Under the pieces are notes generated by a model, which had not been told where the DNA came from, did not search any database, and saw only the letters and a list, made by a program, of their open reading frames with translations. A DNA stretch of 63,839 bases, filler included, from Octopus bimaculoides (taxonomy: Eukaryota), in NCBI RefSeq assembly GCF_001194135.2. It is 3 parts of 3 records of this genome, joined end to end, with 100 filler letters (N's around TTAATTAATTAA, not from the genome) between each part and the next. Parts side by side here need not be neighbours in the genome. Positions count along the whole stretch, not along the records: positions 21,080 to 38,632 come from NC_069006.1; positions 38,733 to 63,839 come from NC_068982.1; 1 more part is not named here. One strand, written 5' to 3'. This document shows, in pieces, positions 26,781-39,769 of the stretch (positions are counted from its first letter, which is position 1; each line of letters begins with the position of its first letter). A program made the position numbers and the translations under genes.

Positions 26781-29700
26781 TGACTAGAGACTTTAGGGAC
26801 TGCTTCAACTTATCCCTACACCTAAGGATGGGTCTTCCTTTATCCTGGAATCCCTTTATCATGATGATGATGATGATGATAGTATTGTCTTCTTTAGCAA
26901 GATCTCTGTTCCTGTCCCTCTGTCATATTTTCACCTCCTTCTTTACTATACCCCACTCAGTTGAGGGCAGGGGTCTTATCTTGAGAATATTCAGTGACCT
27001 CACTGTGGTTTTGGGGTCAATCAACACAGCATGGCACTCTGGACAGGGGTCCCAGGTTGATTAGAAAACCCTTGTGAGTAAATTTGGAAGACAGAAACTA
27101 AAAGAAGACCGTGTGTGTGCGTGACCATGTGTGTGTGTGTGTGCGCATGTGTGTATGTGTGTGTGCATGTATGTGCTTGCATGTGTCTGTGGTTGTGTAT
27201 GTGTGTGCACGCGCATGCATGTGTTTGTGGTTGTGTCATCTTGACATGCGAATGTTGTAAATGCTTGTCAGAAGCAGTGTCTTTTGCAATCTTCCATGAA
27301 AAGCAGGTCTGGTCTTGGGTAAATTTTACCTTAGATGCAAACAGATGAGGGTTGGTGACAGGAAAGGCATCCAGCCACAGAAAATCTGTCTCAACATATT
27401 CCATCTAACACTTTCTCGCATGGAAGCAGGGAAAAGTGGCATTGATAATGGTGATGATGAAATTGATGATGATGGTGATAGGTAAATAGTGAACAAGTGA
27501 ATAATCAAATATACAAAAGAAAGAAAGAATGAAGTGAGAAAGAAAGAGAGGCAGGTAGATGTGGAGAAAGAAAAAGAAGGTAAGAAACAGTATTGCAATA
27601 ATAAAGTTATTAGTCAGTTAATCTGATAGATCAATAAGTAATCAATCACTCTATCAAACACAAATATAAGGAAAGCAAAAAGAAGAAAGGAAAGAATGAA
27701 GAAAATAAAGAAAGAGAAAAGAAGAACGGAAAGAAAGGAAAACAAAAAGCTAATAAATTGTAATGAAACAGAGGAAGCGGAGAATTAATAGGTTGGAATT
27801 ATCAGTAAATTGATTAAAATTATAAAGAGATTGGAATGAGCTCAAAGCAGATCAATAAGTTGGATAAATATCAAACTAAAATTGATTTGATGTGCCAATT
27901 GTGAAGAAAGTAGAATTGGAGTAAAATCTTGAAGAATTATTATGTCAGTCATTTTATTGATATTCCTGGTGGTGTTGAAATTTTTGAGATTTGTAGAATT
28001 ACTTCTTTCAACAGATTTCTGAAGTGTTTTAATTTCTGCCCTGTCATTTTGATATTTCTGTTGAAGTACATGACTTTGTTTTAATTAATTTGGAAAAAAT
28101 GAATATAGTTAAAATACCTTTGTTGTTATTAAGTTGGTATTTTGAAGAAAAATTAAGATGAAATTTTGATGGCAAATTTTAATTTAGATCATTTTAATCC
28201 TTTTGTTCCCATATTTCTGTTAAAATGCGCTGCTTTTAACATAACCTCTTAACATAAACATTTTTTTTCAATTTCCATACAAAGAATATATTTTTTTAAT
28301 TATTTGCTTACCAACCACATGGTTCCGGGTTCAGTCCCACTGTGTGGCACCTTGGGCAAGTGTCTTCTACTCTAGCCTCAGGCCAACCAAAGCCTTGTGA
28401 GTGGATTTGGTAAAAGGAAACTGAAAGAAGCTCGTCGTATATATGTATATGTATATATTTGTGTGTCTGTTTGTCCCCCCAACATCGCTTGACAACTGAT
28501 GCTGGTGTGTTTACATCCCAGTAACTTACCAGTTCGGCAAAAGAGACCGATAGAATAAGTCCTGGGGTCGATTTGCTCGACTAAAAGGNNNNNNNNNNNN
28601 NNNNNNNNNNNNNNNNNNNNNNNNNNNNNNNNNNNNNNNNNNNNNNNNNNNNNNNNNNNNNNNNNNNNNNNNNNNNNNNNNNNNNNTGCTCCAGCATGGC
28701 CGCAGTCAAATGACTGAAACAAGTAAAAGAGGTAAAAGAGAAAGGAAGAATAAGTACACAAATTATTTTGGATCAATTATGAATTATTATGAAGTTACTG
28801 ATAGAAATGATTGTTAATGAGAGAAAACGGGAATAACATCATGAACGAAACATTTCGGGTGAGAAATAAGGGACAGATATCTCAGATTCGTTCAAATATA
28901 TTATTTACTAGACATCTCTGAATAGAAATATACGAGATATGTTAAGGGGTAAATTCTAAAAATAATGAATTTAGTAAAATAACTTTGCCATAGGCGCAGG
29001 AGTGGTTGTGTGGTAAGTAGCTTGCTTACCAACCACATGGTTCCGGGTTCAGTCCCACTGCGTGGCATCTTGGGCAAGTGTCTTCTACTATAGCCTCAGG
29101 CTGACCAAAGCCTTGTGAGTGGATTTGGTAGACAGAAACTGAAAGAAGCCCGTCATATATATATGTGTGTGTGTGTGTGCGTGTGTGTTTGTGTGTCTGT
29201 GTTTGTCCCCCCACCATCGCTTAGGCAGTGCTCCAGCATGGCCGCAGTAAAATGACTGAAACAAGTAAAAGAGTAAAGAGTAAAGAGTATTATGAAGAGA
29301 ATTTAAGATGAAATTTTGCTGGCAGGTTTTAATTTAGATCACTTTAACCCTTGTGTTACCATATTTCTGTTGAAATACACTGCTTTTGTTTTAATTAATT
29401 CGGAAAATAACGAATTTAGTAAAATAACTTTGACATTATTAAGCTGGTGTTAAAGGTGACAAGCTAATGGAACTGTTTGCTTGCTGGACAAAACGCTGAC
29501 CAGAATTTCATCCATTTTTATGTTCTGAGTTCAAATGCTGCCGAGATCAACTTTGCCTGTCATCCTTCCAGGGGTCAATAAAATAGGTACCAGTTGAATA
29601 TTGGGGTCAACGTAATTGACTAACACTCTCCCCTGAAATTGCAGGTCTTGTGCCTGTAGCAGAAAGGATTGTCAAAATCAAGAATCAAATCACAATCAAA

Positions 29701-30540
29701 TGGAAATTGTAGTTGTGGCTGATGCCAGTGCCACCTGACTGGCTCTTGTGTCAGTGGCTCATAAAAAGCACCCACTACACTTTCAGAGTGGTTGGCGTTA
29801 GGAAGGGCATCCAGCTGTAGAAACCTTGCCAGATCAGATTGGAGCCTGGTGCGACCACCTGGCTTGCCAGTCCTCAGTCAAACCATCCAACCCATGCCAG
29901 CATGGAAAGCAGACATTAAATGATGACGGTGATGATGATGTTTAGAACATAAATTTACTTGAAATTTGGAAGGAAGGTCTTGATCTAAATCCCCTTAACC
30001 CGTTTAGCTCCCATATTTCTGTGTTCTGTTGAAATACACAGCATTTATCATCATCTAAAGGGTTAATTAACTATATCTCTTCCTAAGTATGTGTGTGTGT
30101 TTGTCCACCACTGCCTGACAGCCAGTGTTGGTTTGTTTGCGTCCTTGTAACTTAGTAGTTCGGCATATAACGATCAATAGAAAAAGTACTAAACTTAGGA
30201 AAATGAGTAATGAGGTGGATTCGTTTGACTAAGAATTCTTCAGGGTGGTGCTCCAGCATGGCCACAGTGCAATGACTGATACAAAAGATAAACGGTTATA
30301 TTTTTGTATGGGTCATCATCATTTATATGTGTATATAGGCATGTACATATATATATAGGCGCAGGCATGGCTGTGTGGTAAGAAGCTTGCTTCCCAACCA
30401 CATGGTTCTCGATTCAGTCCCACTGCATGGCACCTTGAGCAATTGTCTTCTACTATAGCCTCAGGGCCAACCAAAGCCTTATGAGTGGATTTGGTAGACG
30501 GAAACTGAAAGAAGCTTGTCATACATACATATATATATAT

Positions 30541-30771
30541 GTTAAATTCAAATTACGATAAACCTAAACAAACAAACAAAGTTTGCTTTTAGAACTGTTG
30601 AGATGTCTTAGAAAGTTAAAGAAGTGATTTTTAAATTCTCAAACGCAGGATAATGCTAATAATATAGCCTGAACAGGATAAACTACCCCTATTTTGCAGA
30701 AAAAAGTGTTGGCGGCCAACACTTTTTTCTGCAAAATAGGGGTAGCTTATCCTGTTCAGGCTATATATATA
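30541..30771 (-). repeat. Inverted, fold-back copy of the 312-bp unit lacking the tRNA
   Basis: 30541-30712 is the reverse complement of the unit's non-tRNA part. 50-bp arms at 30663-30712 and 30716-30765, one mismatch, 3-nt loop. Confidence 0.9.
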
Positions 30772-31322
30772 TGTATATGTTTGTGTGTCTGTGTTTGTCC
30801 CCACCGTCACTTGACAACTGATGCTGGTGTGTTTACATCCCCCGTAACTTAGCAGTTTGGCAAAAGAGACCNNNNNNNNNNNNNNNNNNNNNNNNNNNNN
30901 NNNNNNNNNNNNNNNNNNNNNNNNNNNNNNNNNNNNNNNNNNNNNNNNNNNNNNNNNNNNNNNNNNNNNNNNNNNNNNNNNNNNNNNNNNNNNNNNNNNN
31001 NNNNNNNNNNNNNNNNNNNNNNNNNNNNNNNNNNNNNNNNNNNNNNNNNNNNNNNNNNNNNNNNNNNNNNNNNNNNNNNNNNNNNNNNNNNNNNNNNNNN
31101 NNNNNNNNNNNNNNNNNNNNNNNNNNNNNNNNNNNNNNNNNNNNNNNNNNNNNNNNNNNNNNNNNNNNNNNNNNNNNNNNNNNNNNNNNNNNNNNNNNNN
31201 NNNNNNNNNNNNNNNNNNNNNNNNNNNNNNNNNNNNNNNNNNNNNNNNNNNNNNNNNNNNNNNNNNNNNNNNNNNNNNNNNNNNNNNNNNNNNNNNNNNN
31301 NNNNNNNNNNNNNNNNNNNNNN

Positions 31323-31355
<33 letters not shown>

Positions 31356-31357
<2 letters not shown>

Positions 31358-33560
31358 CTCACAAAGAACTAACAGCAAACCAAATCAACATACTCTCCAA
31401 AGAGCTCAAGTTTACACACACCCCACAACTCCAATGAAATGAAAGAAGACATTGCGGAATTCTATAGAAAATTATGACTTAATGAGGAGCTATACAACAA
31501 ATACAACGAAGAGAAATCGTTAGTCCGAAATAAAAGTAACTACACCCCCTCAAAAGGTAAGAACAGAACTCTTGATCATTTCTGTGAACACATCTTGAAT
31601 TACCCATATCAACATATGCGCAAATAAAAACACAAACCAAACTTCAGCAACAGAGAATGGGCTGAGCTGAATAAATTAAAAGATGATGAAACAATAACGA
31701 TCAAAGAGGCTGATAAAGGGAGTGCAGTTGTCTTAAAGGACACGGTATACTATATAACTCTAGTACTATCCATATTGGAAGACACAACATATTATGAAAA
31801 GGCCCAACACTACAGTCAGCAGAAAATAATGCGAGGCCTAAAATCCATGTTAGACCTGTACAGAGAAGGGCTCACTGACAAAGAATATGGCTATGTGACC
31901 AATTTCAAAAGTAACAACTGTCAGTTCTATGGTATTCCTAAGATACACAAAAGTGAGAAAATAAGTAACGCATGCAGGATAGCCACAGACATAATAATCA
32001 AAGTCCCCACTCCTAATGACCTCAAATTGAGACCCATAATAGCAGGTCCCGCATGCGAAACCCACGGCCTCAGTAACTTTTTAGACACCCTCTTAAAACC
32101 ATTCCTCATGCATGTCAAAAGCTACATAAGGGACAACCTGGATATGCTCAATCACCTCCCTAAAACAATAAACAAAAACACCCTACTAGTATCCTTCTCT
32201 GTAGTCAACCTCTGTTCCAATATCCCTCACAACCTTGGAATAGAGGCATTCAATTCTGGCTAGAGAATTATGCCAACAAACTCCCACATCACATCAAAAA
32301 AGAATTCGGGATAGAAAGGCTAAAATTCATCCTGGAGAATAACTACTTCATCTTCAAAGACAACTTCTATTGACAAAAATTGGGGACTGCAATGTGTACG
32401 AGAATGGCCCCCTCCATTGCTAACCTTAGTCATGAGATATCTAAAAATTAATCTTCATTGTAAGGTTCTAGAAAAGTACAGCAGCCCCGTTCTCCCTCTA
32501 CATAGAAAATAACTGGGAGAGATACCTGGATGACTGTTTCATTCTTTGGCATGAAAGTATAGAGAGAGTTAAAGAATTCCAAACACTTATAAATGGACTT
32601 GACGTAAACATTCAATTCACGATGGAATATAGCCATCAACAACTTCCCTTCCTCAACATTCTCATTAAGAAATCTAACAACGTAATAGAAACAGATATAT
32701 ACTATAAGCCCACGAACTCCAAGCAATATCTACCGTTCAACTCATGCCACCCCAGATACACCAGAATGAATATCTCCTTCAACCTAGCAAAAAGGATATG
32801 TACTATAGTTTCTAATGCAAAGACCAGACACATGACTACATGAACTAAAGGATACAATCATCACCAGGAACTACCCCCCTTCACTAATTGACATATGCTT
32901 TCGACGTGCCCAACAATTCAACATCCACGAACTCAAATAAAAGGATTTACAACCAAAAGCCCTACCATACATCTCCACACACAACCCTCTTAACAATGAA
33001 GCCTTCAACACCATCCTTCAAAACATTCCCCTGCTAAAAAAGGACCACAGAATGAACTTAATCCTCCAAACACACACCATCATAAAAAGCAAGAGACAGC
33101 CCAAATCTATGAAAAGTCTCCTAATGCAAGCCTGAATACGCTCAACAACAACACTGAAGCTGCCAGTAAAAAAATGCGGAAAATGCAACTGTGGGATATG
33201 CGTCAATTTAATTGAGGGATCAGAATTCTCCTTCAAACAGGGACAACGTTTCACAGTGGAAAGCAGCTTCACATGTGCTTCGGAGAACCTGATATATGCA
33301 TTAACCTGCTCTGGGTGTCAAGAGCAATACATAGGCCAAACAAAAAAGTCTACGTCAAAGGATGGCTCTGCACAGATCCCAGGTCAAAATTCCCCAAAAT
33401 TGAAAAATAGCATTCAGCCAACACATCAACATTTGCGCCAATAATAAAAATCCAAGCTTCAGAATTTTCCCCCTCTACCAATTCAGGGATGATACAACCT
33501 GTAGCCATTTGAATGCATGACATATCCACCATGGCCTTAGAATAACACAAACCCACAAGC
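31356..33560 (+). mobile_element. Penelope-like retroelement, degenerate (RT plus GIY-YIG endonuclease)
   Basis: RT motifs FYGIPKIHK, LRPIIAG, SYIRD and LVSFSVVNLCSNIPH; thumb region TDIYYKPTNSKQYL; GIY-YIG motif NLIYALTCSGCQEQYIGQT. Multiple stops and frameshifts. Confidence 0.92.
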
Positions 33561-33925
33561 AAATATTAAAAATAATACATTCAAGAAATACCCAAGAATT
33601 CGTTAAAAAACAGTCCCAATCACTGCTATGATCCACAACGAGCCACTTTTAGGTCACTTGACCATTTAACATCCTACTACTATCATACCACCCACATTCC
33701 CTTATTATTCTCTCTTCTCTTTCTCCTTCTTCATCTTCTTCCTCTCCGCCATCTCCTTCCTTACTTTACTACTATTGTTGTTTAGAATAACACTTCCGCA
33801 AATATTATAAACAATACATTCAAAAGAGATGTTTCAAGAATTCAATCATTACTACCATCCACAACAAGTCACTTTCAGGGCACTTGACCATTTAACATCC
33901 TACGACTATCATAGCACTCCCGCAT
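33555..33925 (+). repeat. Direct repeat (~130 bp x2) at the Penelope 3' end
   Basis: GCAAATATT...CACTTGACCATTTAACATCCTAC.ACTATCATA occurs at about 33560-33690 and 33797-33915. Confidence 0.7.
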
Positions 33926-34071
33926 TATCTTCCCCCTCCCCCTCCCCACCCCTTCTCCATACTTTTTCAACTGTATATATATATATATATATGTTTATAC
34001 ATGCACTTATGTATGCACATATGTGTATTTATATATACACATCTATATATACACACATATACATATATATA

Positions 34072-35330
34072 CAGGGTGCGTAAAACAATTGAGGACATAC
34101 CTTTTTCGGTCATTGCTGCATTTTTTGCTAACTCTGTACAATCTTTGTTTCAGAAAATAATAATGGCAGACCCTCAGCTTAATCAAGAAATGAAGAGACA
34201 TGCTGTTATTTTGGTTATAAAGGCTGAGGATAGCGATTTAGAAATATCTCGATTTTTAAAAGTTGCCAGATTTTTCGTCTACAAGGTTTCTAAGGAGCTA
34301 GAGACTGAAGATGGAAACGTATCACCAGTATCAAAGCATAAAAAGCATTGTAAACGCTCTGAAATCATCAGAACACCTGAATTTATCCAGTTCAACAGAC
34401 CATTGATTACAATCCCAGAAAGTCCATGAGGTCAATTGCAAAAGATCTCTATGTGTCAGAAGGCACAGTCAGAAATGTTGTCCACGAAGACATCAGATAT
34501 AANNNNNNNNNNNNNNNNNNNNNNNNNNNNNNNNNNNNNNNNNNNNNNNNNNNNNNNNNNNNNNNNNNNNNNNNNNNNNNNNNNNNNNNNNNNNNNNNNN
34601 NNNNNNNNNNNNNNNNNNNNNNNNNNNNNNNNNNNNNNNNNNNCTTAAACAAACTGAAAATCCAGCAGAAGATTTAATTTGGTTTTTCTCAAACGAGAAA
34701 AACTTTGACCAAAATCAAAAAGTTAACAGAAGAAATGACAGATGGTTATGTGCAGATCCTCCTGAAGCTCCAAGTGTTATGCATGCAAAATTTCCTGCAA
34801 CTGTCATGGTTTTAGGGGTTGCCAGCAATGAAGGACATGTAATGCCTCCTCACTTCTTTCCGCAAGGCCTTAGAGTTAACTCGCCGCCTACAATGAGGTC
34901 CTGGAAACATTTGTTAAGCCCTGAATAGACTGTGTATGCAATGGAAAGCCATATGTGTTTCGGTAAGACTCTGCACTATTACACATGGTTCTAGTAACAC
35001 AGGAATGGATGGCTGAAAATTCCCATGATCACATAACCCCTAACATTTGGCCTCCTAATTCCCCAGATCTCTTTCCATTGGATTAATACATGTGGAGCGT
35101 TATTTAGAGAGAGGTCAATGCACATGTCCATAGCGCCAAAGAATCTTTGAAAGCTGCCATAGTCAGAGTAATATCCAAAATGAACTAGGACCACTTGATT
35201 CAAGTATGTAGATGGTTTAGACCTCATATAGAAGCAGTTGTTGAAGCTGAAGGTGGCTTTATTGAATAACATTATAGAAAAGAAGGTTTATTTTCATCCT
35301 CATAGCATCTTTTGAAAAATAAAATTATTG
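34072..35330 (+). mobile_element. Tc1/mariner DD37D (maT-type) transposon, degenerate
   Basis: Starts TA|CAGGGTG. Reads EKNFD...NDRWLC, VMVLGVASNEGHVMPPHFF and DSA...WPPNSPDLFPLD, with 37 residues between the second and third Asp. Internal gap and stops. Confidence 0.88.
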
Positions 35331-35499
35331 TCTGTTATTATATATTTGTTTTTTTTTTATAAACATAAATCTATCTTCGAATACATGCATACACACACAC
35401 ACACATATATACATCTGCATATGTACGCGCCCGCGCGCACACACATATACACACACACATCCGCATATATACGAGAATAAGAAACCAGCCGTATTAGTC

Positions 35500-35812
35500 A
35501 GTTTCACATTACTACCCTTAAAGGCCTCCGTAGCTCTCAGCGGTTTCCGTCAACAAACATGGCGGCCGGTCTAGTGTGAGAATACAAAGCTGTCTTCTTT
35601 ATGTCGGTAATTTAGTAATATTTAGTAGCCAAGAAGTTACTTAAACGCATATAACGGCTAATATAGTTATTGCCCTCCGACGTCAAACAATTACGTTAGG
35701 AGGAAATATCTTTTACCTGGCGAAATCGAACGGATTCATATTACTATATTACCAAACATTGTTACTACGGCTATCATTTACCTTTTAATTGGCTTCTTGG
35801 GCTAAATTACAG
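35500..35812 (+). promoter_or_regulatory. Promoter-like CpG-containing region or 5' exon with a YY1-type motif and a strong splice donor
   Basis: AACATGGCGGC (YY1 consensus AANATGGCGGC) at 35556-35566. ACAG|GTGAGT donor at 35812/35813. CpG density is visibly above the flanks. Confidence 0.5.
35559..35606 (+). CDS. Candidate SDHD exon 1 (frame-disrupted as assembled)
   Basis: ATGGCGGCC start in a CpG-containing patch with a G|GTAATT donor. As written it is 48 nt with an in-frame TGA at codon 7. One extra base near 35576 would give MAAGLVxRIQSCLLYV plus a phase-1 donor matching exon 2. Confidence 0.35.
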
Positions 35813-36318
35813 GTGAGTAATTATTTTACGACTCTTTTTCTCTATGCGTCCCTGTGTGTGAGTATATATATATATATATATATATATCTGTTTATATAGT
35901 CTGCTATGATTTCTCTCTCTCTTCGTTTATATTATATATAATATATATATATATATATANNNNNNNNNNNNNNNNNNNNNNNNNNNNNNNNNNNNNNNNN
36001 NNNNNNNNNNNNNNNNNNNNNNNNNNNNNNNNNNNNNNNNNNNNNNNNNNNNNNNNNNNNNNNNNNNNNNNNNNNNNNNNNNNNNNNNNNNNNNNNNNNN
36101 NNNNNNNNNNNNNNNNNNNNNNNNNNNNNNNNNNNNNNNNNNNNNNNNNNNNNNNNNNNNNNNNNNNNNNNNNNNNNNNNNNNNNNNNNNNNNNNNNNNN
36201 NNNNNNNNNNNNNNNNNNNNNNNNNNNNNNNNNNNNNNNNNNNNNNNNNNNNNNNNNNNNNNNNNNNNNNNNNNNNNNNNNNNNNNNNNNNNNNNNNNNN
36301 NNNNNNNNNNNNNNNNNN

Positions 36319-36355
<37 letters not shown>

Positions 36356-36508
36356 CGTGCGTACGCGCACACACGCATTATGGTTTATAAGATGTGACAA
36401 TACCTTGAATGTGATAATGTGATTATAAACGAACTTTGATGCACCAATAAATTTAAAATAATGTTTTATGAAAATATAAATGCATTTGAATTAATACGCG
36501 CACCTTGT

Positions 36509-36531
36509 CTTTTGGCTAAGATCAAAGTGTA
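36509..36531 (+). pseudogene. U2 snRNA 5' fragment
   Basis: CTTTTGGCTAAGATCAAAGTGTA matches the U2 5' region (stem I into the branch-point recognition sequence) as recalled, then breaks into (CA)n. Confidence 0.6.
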
Positions 36532-36598
36532 CACACACATACACATATACAGAGACACGCACACACACACACCCGCACGGCTACAAATGACTTCTCAC

Positions 36599-36780
36599 CT
36601 GGGCGCGTCGGCTCAGATTTTTCTTGAAGGGGCGTGGATCTCTTGTGAAATTGTGGCGATCATATCTCACCCTAGAATGGTTACAGTGTCGTGTCTAAGT
36701 TGTATGGCCATCGTCAAAGTTGTTGACGAAAACACTTTCTTAAACTGAATGTTGGCCAGGTGCGTCGAACGCGAAATAAA
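36599..36780 (-). other. Candidate first (probably non-coding) exon of an unidentified minus-strand transcript
   Basis: GC/CpG-rich segment ending in CCCAG|GTGAGA on the minus strand. No open frame runs from an ATG to the donor. Confidence 0.35.
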
Positions 36781-39769
36781 GATAAAAGGGGCCTCCATTT
36801 ACTCTATCTTTTACATTCCTTTTATCTGTTAAAAGAAAAAAATGTAACCTTAAACCTGCTCGTTATTTCTAGTTTATTTGTCACCAAAACCCCAAAACTT
36901 AATCCAATTATATATATATAATGTGCATGTGTGCACCCGAGACATTTTAGGCTTTGACCAGTCAACTACCGGACTGCGTGGCTATTTGATTCTGCTAATA
37001 AGAGCGATCCGATATTGGTCTTCATTTACCGTTTTTTTCCAGCTTAGCCCCTTGATCTGTATCGGAAGCTTGTGTAGGTGAATGATGTGTACTAATACCG
37101 AAGGGTTAACCTTTAAAAAAAATAGTATGTGTGTGTGTAGTGGTGGTGGGAAAGGCACACGAAATAATGTAGTTCTAGAAATACCATGACAGAAATAGAC
37201 TTGCTGAATGCCTTTCGTCGTAAGATATTTCACTCGCTCACAGTTAACATGGGGTTTTCAACAAAATACCGTGTCTCTTTGATCTGCACAGATTTACAGT
37301 TCACATAATTTCGTACTCTGATACACGCCTTGACTTCTACACCGTCGACGGTTCACAGTTTATTATTTTCTTTTTTTTTTTATTCTCATACGACGTTACT
37401 ATTCTTATGTATTTTTCTTTTAATTATACAAAACAAGTTTCAAAACAGCACTGTTGTCCATGTATTTCAACGAGCAGTGATGTGAGAAAATCTTTTCTTA
37501 GGTCTTCATACTATTTCACCTGTCAGCTCTCTCTCTCTGTCTCTCTCTAGCCTGCTTTAATATCGTGGAAGACAAAAATAACCGAGATTATTTTTAACAT
37601 ACCATATGTGTATACGTNNNNNNNNNNNNNNNNNNNNNNNNNNNNNNNNNNNNNNNNNNNNNNNNNNNNNNNNNNNNNNNNNNNNNNNNNNNNNNNNNNN
37701 NNNNNNNNNNNNNNNNNNNNNNNNNNNNNNNNNNNNNNNNNNNNNNNNNNNNNNNNNNNNNNNNNNNNNNNNNNNNNNNNNNNNNNNNNNNNNNNNNNNN
37801 NNNNNNNNNNNNNNNNNNNNNNNNNNNNNNNNNNNNNNNNNNNNNNNNNNNNNNNNNNNNNNNNNNNNNNNNNNNNNNNNNNNNNNNNNNNNNNNNNNNN
37901 NNNNNNNNNNNNNNNNNNNNNNNNNNNATTTTGTCGGTCTCTTTTGCCGAACTGCTAAGTTACGGGTAAATAAACTCACCAACACCGGTTGTCAAGCGAT
38001 GGTGGTGGATAAACGAAAACACAATGACACACACACATACAATCGCGTGCATATATATGTGTATATGATGGGCTTCTTTCAGTTTCCGTCTACCAAATCC
38101 ACTGACAAGGCATTGGTCAGTCGGAGGTGAAAAAAGAAGACACGTGCCCAAGGTGCCACGCAGTGGAACTGAACCCAGGACCATGTGGTTGGGAAGCAAG
38201 CTTCATAACACACAACCACACTTGCACCTGTACTATGCATGAAAAATCTGTCTTTGAGTTACTTTGTAACTTCTTCTAATTAATAATAATAATAATAATA
38301 ATAATAATTGTTTCCAATTTCGGCAGGAGGTTAGCAGTTTTGAGGGGAGGGGCAAGTCAACTGCATTGACCTCAGTATTTAACTGGTTCTTATTTCACGA
38401 ACCCTGAAGTGATGAAAAGCAGAGTTGACCTCGGTGGTATTTCAACTCAATGTAACAGAGCTGGAAGGAATGTCGTTTAGCATTTCATCTGATATCTTAA
38501 TGATTCTGCTTGTTTGCTCTCTTAATTAGAACTATGATGGGAATAGTTGTTTCAAACTTTGGCAATGAGGTCAGCAATTTAAATGGAGGTGTTAGTCGAT
38601 TACATTGACCCCAGTATGCAACTGGTACTTATNNNNNNNNNNNNNNNNNNNNNNNNNNNNNNNNNNNNNNNNNNNNTTAATTAATTAANNNNNNNNNNNN
38701 NNNNNNNNNNNNNNNNNNNNNNNNNNNNNNNNTTGACCTGCTTGAAACTGCAAACAAATCATCCGCGCGCGCGCGCACACACACACACGCGCACGCACAC
38801 ACACACACATATATGGGGCCTCTTGAATATTAAATATTCTAGATAACATATGAAACTTGAAAAAAATAAATAAATAAATAAAAATTAAAAATAAATTGGT
38901 TGGAATGCATTTAATTATAGGTCTGCTCAATCCAGGCTGACCTTGGGCTAAACAACAAGAACTAGGCCAGTATTAGTAGAGTAGTGTCTAGTTGCTTTTC
39001 TAGTTAACATTAACATAACTGTGTCAGTTTGGGTTGATTATCATCACATGAGTCACATTCTTCGTAAAGAAACACAAAGCAAATTACCATAGCTGGCTTT
39101 TCTTCTACACTTACGATCTCTCACTACTGCCAATCTAACCTAAATAATATTTCTAACATAGGCACAAGGACAGAAATTTGGAGGAAGGAGAACAGTTAAG
39201 TATGTCAACCCTAGTGCTTGACTGGTACTTTCTTTTATTGACTCTGGAAGGGATAAAAAGCTAAGTTGATTTTGGATTTGAACTGAGAAAGTAAAGGACT
39301 GGGAACAAATGCTGGAAGGCAGTTTGTTGTTTCTAATGATTCTGCTAATCCTCTAGTCTGAATGTAACCTAAATGATAAAAATAGTTATCATCTTGCCAT
39401 AATAAAAGTGTTGTAAGAAACTTGAGTTGATAGCATGTCAACCTCTTGGGAACAGCCGTGAGTTTATATTCCATCAGTGAAAGTTGCACAATGCTGCACC
39501 ACAAGTAAAACATGAGACAGATTCTTTTATATTACTGAATTAACTCTGAAGTAGAACAAGAAAAAAAAAAGAAGCATTTTATACATCCTGTAGCTCAGTA
39601 CCTTCACTGTGTTTACTTGAAGCACAGATAAGATTAGTTGACAGAAAGGACATCAAGGTATTAATACCCCATCAGTAAGCCATGTTCTCTTCATGGTTGT
39701 GTGTGGAAGGAGAGGGGTGGGAGGCAAAAAACAAAATGATGATCATATATATCCTTGTCATTTTAACAT

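Noticed and set aside
30631-31378. ORFs containing long X runs (also at 14.2, 34.4, 35.9, 37.6, 41.0 and 45.9 kb)
   Set aside because: Open only because N gaps contain no stop codons.
35577-35579. A-to-I editing (UGA to UGG) or selenocysteine readthrough rescuing the SDHD exon 1 candidate
   Set aside because: Even if read through, the exon ends in phase 0 and would hit CTG GGT TGA in exon 2; recoding does not fix the frame.
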